A stretch of 63,582 nt of DNA, the filler included, from Bacteroidales bacterium (GTDB taxonomy: Bacteria > Bacteroidota > Bacteroidia > Bacteroidales > CAIWKO01), in NCBI GenBank assembly GCA_035389045.1. It is 4 parts of 4 records of this genome, joined end to end, with 100 filler letters (N's around TTAATTAATTAA, not from the genome) between each part and the next. Parts side by side here need not be neighbours in the genome. Positions count along the whole stretch, not along the records: positions 57,186 to 63,582 come from DAOORA010000114.1; 3 more parts are not named here. One strand, written 5' to 3'. Made by a program: the position numbers and the translations under genes. The notes under the pieces are model-generated. The model saw only the letters and a program-made list of their open reading frames with translations, had not been told where the DNA came from and ran no database searches. Shown in pieces: positions 58,897-63,582 of this stretch (its first letter is position 1; every line of letters starts with the position of its first letter).

Positions 58897-60726
58897 ATGC
58901 GGTTTCAGAAGAATTATTCATCGAGGCGTTATATAATATCTGCTATTTTTCTGGTATTAGGCATTATTTTCCTGATACGTTTATTCTTCATCCAGGTTAT
59001 TGATGATACTTATGAAGAATCTGCCAGGAACAATGCTTTCAGGTATATTACGGAATATCCGGCCAGGGGACTGGTGTATGATTGTAACGGCAAACTCCTG
59101 CTTTTTAATGAAGCCACCTATGACCTCATGGCTATTCCGCGACAGATTAAAAAAGATTTTGATACGCTGGCTTTTTGCAGGCTGAGCGGCCTTGACCTCC
59201 AGTTCCTGCGGAAAAAACTTAAAGCTGCAAGGAATTATTCTCCGTATCTGCCAACTATTATTGAAGAAAAACTTCCAAAAGAAACTTATGGAATGTTACA
59301 GGAAAAGCTTTCGGAGTATCCGGGTTTTTATATTCAGGCACGAACGATACGCAATTATCCTCAGCCTTATGCTGCGCAAATTCTCGGCTATATCGGTGAA
59401 GCAACTCCGGAGCTGATAAATACGGATGATTATTACCGCCCCGGAGACTATGTAGGGATTAGCGGACTGGAAAAGTCTTATGAGGATCAACTAAGGGGAG
59501 TTAAGGGATACCGTATCATCATGGTTGATGTGCATGGGCGAGACATGGGAAGTTATATGAACGGAAAATTCGACAAGAAAGCAAAAGCCGGGCAGAAATT
59601 ATATACTACCCTCGATATTGAGTTGCAGTCCTATGCCGAAAAACTGCTTCAGCATAAGCGCGGAAGTGTGGTTGCTATTGATCCAGAGACGGGCGGAATC
59701 CTGGCTATTTCCTCAAGCCCGTCTTACGACCCCAACATTCTGGTGGGGCGTGAACGGACAAAGAATTACTACAAATTAATTTCCGATAAAAATCTTCCGC
59801 TGTTCAACCGTGCCTTGTCGGGGCGTTATCCTCCAGGATCAACGTTCAAGCCTTTGATCGGGCTGATCGGACTTCAGGAGGGTGTCCTCACCACCGGTAC
59901 GGCATTTCCCTGCAACGGAGGGTTCCCGCTGGGTAATGGTAAAATGGTAAAATGCCACGGGCATTATTCCCCTATTGCGTTGACGGGAGCTATTCAGACA
60001 TCGTGTAATGCTTATTTCTGCAGAGTGTTTAAGGCTCTTCTTGAAAATAAAAAGTATGAAAATACAACCATCAGATTTAACGAATGGCGCAGGCAGGCCT
60101 TGACTTTTGGACTGGGCCACAAACTGGGTGTTGATCTGCCGAGTGAGTCAGGAGGTAATATACCCACCAGTGATTATTATGATAAATATTTCGGGAAAAA
60201 CCGCTGGAGAGCGCTGACTGTAATTTCGCTGGGGATCGGACAGGGCGAAATCCTGCTGACACCTCTGCAGATGGCTAATTATGCTGCAATACTGGCAAAC
60301 CGGGGATATTATTATACTCCGCATATCGTTGAGGCTGTCGGTACAAAAACTAATCTGAAGAAAAAATATCTTCAGAAACATGTGACCAGTGTGGATACAA
60401 AACATTTTGACTGTATAGTCGAGGGGATGCTGGGTGTGCTGGAAGGTGGAACAGCATACAATGTAAGGATGGACAGTATAAAAGTATGCGGAAAAACGGG
60501 TACTGCACAAAATGCCGGTAAAAACCATTCCATATTTATTGCCTTTGCACCTAAAGACCATCCTAAGATTGCAATTGCTGCGGTAGTCGAGAATTCGGGC
60601 TACGGGGCTACATGGGCGGCCCCCGTGGTCAGTCTGATGATTGAAAAATACCTGACGCACAAGGTGAAACGCGTTGAACTCGAAAAAGATATCATGGAAT
60701 CTAAATTAATCGACAACACCCAATAA
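58897..60726 (+). CDS. mrdA: Penicillin-binding protein 2
   Basis: N-terminal TM, PARGLVYD, GISGLEKSYE, YPPGSTFK (SxxK), SCN, GKTGTAQ; followed by rodA. Confidence 0.97.
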   Translation: MRFQKNYSSRRYIISAIFLVLGIIFLIRLFFIQVIDDTYEESARNNAFRYITEYPARGLVYDCNGKLLLFNEATYDLMAIPRQIKKDFDTLAFCRLSGLDLQFLRKKLKAARNYSPYLPTIIEEKLPKETYGMLQEKLSEYPGFYIQARTIRNYPQPYAAQILGYIGEATPELINTDDYYRPGDYVGISGLEKSYEDQLRGVKGYRIIMVDVHGRDMGSYMNGKFDKKAKAGQKLYTTLDIELQSYAEKLLQHKRGSVVAIDPETGGILAISSSPSYDPNILVGRERTKNYYKLISDKNLPLFNRALSGRYPPGSTFKPLIGLIGLQEGVLTTGTAFPCNGGFPLGNGKMVKCHGHYSPIALTGAIQTSCNAYFCRVFKALLENKKYENTTIRFNEWRRQALTFGLGHKLGVDLPSESGGNIPTSDYYDKYFGKNRWRALTVISLGIGQGEILLTPLQMANYAAILANRGYYYTPHIVEAVGTKTNLKKKYLQKHVTSVDTKHFDCIVEGMLGVLEGGTAYNVRMDSIKVCGKTGTAQNAGKNHSIFIAFAPKDHPKIAIAAVVENSGYGATWAAPVVSLMIEKYLTHKVKRVELEKDIMESKLIDNTQ

Positions 60727-61988
60727 TGGCAAAATCAAGAGACACGTTCTCCAACATCGACTGGCCTCTGATAGCCATATATGTTTTCTTTGTATGTGTG
60801 GGTTGGGTAAATATTTATGCGGCGGCTTATACCGAAGAACATCCCGGCATTTTCGATCTGTCCCAGGAATATGGCAAACAGTTTATGTGGATATGTGTTG
60901 CCATAACCCTTGGATTGTGTATCTTAATTATTGAGGCGCGGTTTTTTTCAACATTTGCTTACATTATCTATGGATCGGCAATATTTCTGCTAGTCATTAC
61001 TTTGTTCATCGGAAAAGAAGTTCACGGGTCGCACTCATGGATATTTTTTTCGGAAAACATAAGATTTCAGCCGCTTGAAATTGCAAAATTTGCAACCAAC
61101 CTGGCGCTGGCAAGACTTTTGGGCCAGATAGGCATAAGGATACAGGACCTGTCAACGCGTGTACAGGCCTTTGTTCTTATTTTACTTCCTGCCGTTTTGA
61201 TTTTGCTGCAGAACGAAACCGGTTCGGTGCTCGTTTTTATGTCATTCATATTTGTTTTATACCGCGAAGGCTTATCTGGCAACGTCCTTATCATTGGCTT
61301 TGCCGTGCTTGTTTTATTTATTTTTTCGCTGCTTATTGATCAGTTTATTGTTGCCGGTTTTATCCTGGCTGTAGCCTTAATGATTTTTTTCTTTATCCGT
61401 CGCAACAGAAGAAATATTGTGGCTTATTTCCTAGTTGTTACCGGTATCATAGCTTTTGTATTTAGTGTTAATCTGATTTATAAGCACGCATTACAGCCGC
61501 ATCAGCAAAAACGGATCGATGTATTGTTAGGAAAAATTTCTGATGTAAAAGATGCCGGCTACAATGTGAATCAGTCAAAAATAGCCATAGGATCAGGAGG
61601 CTTTACTGGAAAAGGATTTATGCATGGTACACAGACCAAATACAAATTCGTCCCGGAGCAGAATACAGATTTTATTTTTTGTACCATTGGCGAAGAGTGG
61701 GGATTTATCGGAAGCAGTCTTGTTGTTATCATGTATTTCCTTTTTATGATGCGGATTCTGTTTATAGCTGAACGGCAGAGGTCTGCCTTCAGCCGTATAT
61801 ATGGTTACGGTCTTGCATCCCTGATATTTTTACATGTTTTTATTAATATCGGAATGACGATCGGCCTGGCGCCAGTAGTGGGGATACCCCTGCCATTTGT
61901 CAGTTATGGTGGGTCTTCCATGCTGTCATTTACGGTGTTGCTGTTTGTTTTTATTAAACAGGATGCAAGCCGGAAGCAAATACTATAA
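60726..61988 (+). CDS. rodA: Rod shape-determining protein RodA (SEDS)
   Basis: FQPLEIAK, GYNVNQSKIAIGSGG, VPEQNTDFIF..IGEEWGF, GIPLPFVSYGGSS. Confidence 0.97.
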   Translation: MAKSRDTFSNIDWPLIAIYVFFVCVGWVNIYAAAYTEEHPGIFDLSQEYGKQFMWICVAITLGLCILIIEARFFSTFAYIIYGSAIFLLVITLFIGKEVHGSHSWIFFSENIRFQPLEIAKFATNLALARLLGQIGIRIQDLSTRVQAFVLILLPAVLILLQNETGSVLVFMSFIFVLYREGLSGNVLIIGFAVLVLFIFSLLIDQFIVAGFILAVALMIFFFIRRNRRNIVAYFLVVTGIIAFVFSVNLIYKHALQPHQQKRIDVLLGKISDVKDAGYNVNQSKIAIGSGGFTGKGFMHGTQTKYKFVPEQNTDFIFCTIGEEWGFIGSSLVVIMYFLFMMRILFIAERQRSAFSRIYGYGLASLIFLHVFINIGMTIGLAPVVGIPLPFVSYGGSSMLSFTVLLFVFIKQDASRKQIL

Positions 61989-62178
61989 TAAAAGCAAATA
62001 CCACATGAATAAGGAATTTGCCTACAATACTCAGATGATGGGCTATTGGATAATTCATAAAAACACCAAATGGTTTTTATAAAAAATAAATTATCCGGCG
62101 TCAAAAAGAAAAATAATTACTTTTGTTACACAAAAAAAACAATACACGGAATGTAGAATTTTGTAAAAAAAGGGGGAG

Positions 62179-63096
62179 ATGGCTATGATAGAAACCATCA
62201 AATTCAACACATTCAACTGGATACATATTTTAAATCCCAGTGAAGAAAATTTTGACTTTTTAATTGAGAATTATAATTTCCACCCCCTTGACATTGAAGA
62301 TTGCCGGAGTAAAGTGCAACGGCCCAAGATCGACATTTATGACGATTATTATTTTCTGATCCTTCATTTTCCATGTTTTGATAAAACAAACAGATTTCTT
62401 GATACCAAGGAAGTTAAGGTTTTTTGGGGCAGGGACTTTATAATCACAATCGGAAACTCCCACTGGATCGTAAAAAAGTTCTTTAACACGGTAAAGGATA
62501 ATCTGGAAGCATTCAAGGAAGAACTCAGCGCGGAAACCAGCGATGCTTTGCTGTATGAGATCATGGAGCGGCTGATGAAAGACACGCTGTCGCTGGTGGC
62601 ACGCATCGGCAGTGAAGTTGATCAGATAAATTACGGGTTGTTCAATGATAAATCGCAAAAAATAATTGAAAAAATTTCCGTGACACGTAAAAATGTCATT
62701 CTGCTGGATACCAGTTTCAGGCCGCAGTTACGATTGTTCCACAAATTTGAATCGGGCGAAATCAAAGGATTTGCAGAGGATATGGAAGATTACTGGGGAA
62801 ATATCCTGGACTACTATCAGAAACTCTGGGACATGATAGAGGACTACAAAGAAATGATTGAAGGTCTTTCAAAAACCTACGATTCGCTTCAGACCAATAA
62901 AATCAATGAGATCATCAAAATACTTACACTGATCTCTACGGTAATGCTGCCAATGACATTTATAGCCAGTGTATATGGTATGAACATTGATCTTCCGTTT
63001 CAGAAGAATACGGCGGCTTTTTTAATTATCACCGGAATCATGCTGGCTGTTCTTATCGCTTTTCTGTGGTTTTTTATCAGGAAGAAATGGTTGTGA
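62179..63096 (+). CDS. corA: CorA family magnesium transporter
   Basis: FHPLDIEDC, QRPKID, LPMTFIASVYGMN signature, two C-terminal TMs. Confidence 0.93.
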   Translation: MAMIETIKFNTFNWIHILNPSEENFDFLIENYNFHPLDIEDCRSKVQRPKIDIYDDYYFLILHFPCFDKTNRFLDTKEVKVFWGRDFIITIGNSHWIVKKFFNTVKDNLEAFKEELSAETSDALLYEIMERLMKDTLSLVARIGSEVDQINYGLFNDKSQKIIEKISVTRKNVILLDTSFRPQLRLFHKFESGEIKGFAEDMEDYWGNILDYYQKLWDMIEDYKEMIEGLSKTYDSLQTNKINEIIKILTLISTVMLPMTFIASVYGMNIDLPFQKNTAAFLIITGIMLAVLIAFLWFFIRKKWL

Positions 63097-63483
63097 TTAT
63101 TTCTTCAACCGGTCCATAAAATCCCGGGTGTTTATTATATAACGGCAATGAGTTCCTGAACCGATTGGCCCTTCCTCATCACGGGCTTCGACAGAAAAAA
63201 ACAGTTTTTTCCCATCAATTCTATCAAGCCGTGCTTCACAAACAACTTTCATTGATAGCGGAGTCGCTTTAAAGTGCCTGATATTGACTTCGGTTCCGAC
63301 GGTATTGTAACCCTCCGGCAGATATGGCTGAACAGCTTTTAAGGCCGTCTTTTCCATCAGAGCAATCATGGCAGGAGTGGCGAAAACCTCCACCAGCCCA
63401 GAACCGTAATATGCAGCCGTTTCATTAAAAGTGACCACTGTTTTTTCTATATGTGTTATTCCGGTTTTAAGATTTTCAATCAT
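63097..63483 (-). CDS. Hot-dog fold thioesterase (FlK-like)
   Basis: [37 protein letters not shown]. Confidence 0.9.
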   Translation of the reverse strand: MIENLKTGITHIEKTVVTFNETAAYYGSGLVEVFATPAMIALMEKTALKAVQPYLPEGYNTVGTEVNIRHFKATPLSMKVVCEARLDRIDGKKLFFSVEARDEEGPIGSGTHCRYIINTRDFMDRLKK

Positions 63484-63534
63484 ACTGATTAAAATTTGCA
63501 GTTTGAAAAATAAGTTTACTCAAAATTAGTTTTA

Positions 63535-63582
63535 GAAATTGTTTTGATTTTATCTTTTCATATCTTTATGCGTCTTTTTTGC
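63535..63582 (+). mobile_element. MITE family A, left end (window ends inside it)
   Basis: TA-GAAATTGTTTTGATTTTATCTTTTCATATCTTTATGCGTCTTTTTTGC matches 23954-24001. Confidence 0.85.

Noticed and set aside
1..63582. Window start and end both fall in the same repeat, suggesting a circular element
   Set aside because: The two ends do not overlap (about 35 nt of the element's middle is absent) and core chromosomal genes are present; assembly breaks at a multicopy MITE explain it.

Overview
AT-rich genomic DNA that reads as an anaerobic Bacteroidota (probably Bacteroidales) draft or metagenome assembly. This is inferred from T9SS C-terminal domains, TAnnTTTG promoter boxes, signal peptides followed by Gln, and a 2[4Fe-4S] ferredoxin. 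The window has four segments joined by artificial N-TTAATTAATTAA-N linkers (19100-19199, 38259-38358, 57086-57185) plus one plain 100-N gap (40761-40860), so adjacency across joins is unproven. Housekeeping genes include an ABC permease, purH-mreBCD, ubiX, a ferredoxin missed by the ORF track, nadB, a gamma-CA-like gene, mtnA with a class II aldolase, mrdA-rodA, corA and a thioesterase. There are eight large secreted proteins, seven with a visible T9SS C-terminal domain. They include a duplicated 'small secreted protein + large type-B cargo' cassette and tandem short and long trypsin-like proteases. The best candidate for an undescribed system is the 12.5-kb divergent cluster at 44530-57012. 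It encodes a FkbH-like glyceryl loader, an ACP, an MBOAT, a giant AlgJ/AlgX-like fusion, a B12-dependent radical SAM enzyme and four SAM methyltransferases, and probably decorates a surface glycan with a (methylated) glyceroyl group. Non-coding finds are a 159-bp MITE in four copies, a second small TIR element, a REP/REPIN-like structure and a transposase remnant. There is also an unannotated 30-aa Lys-rich ORF with its own terminator. No rRNA, tRNA or CRISPR array was recognised. All family calls come from motif recognition by eye; no searches were run.
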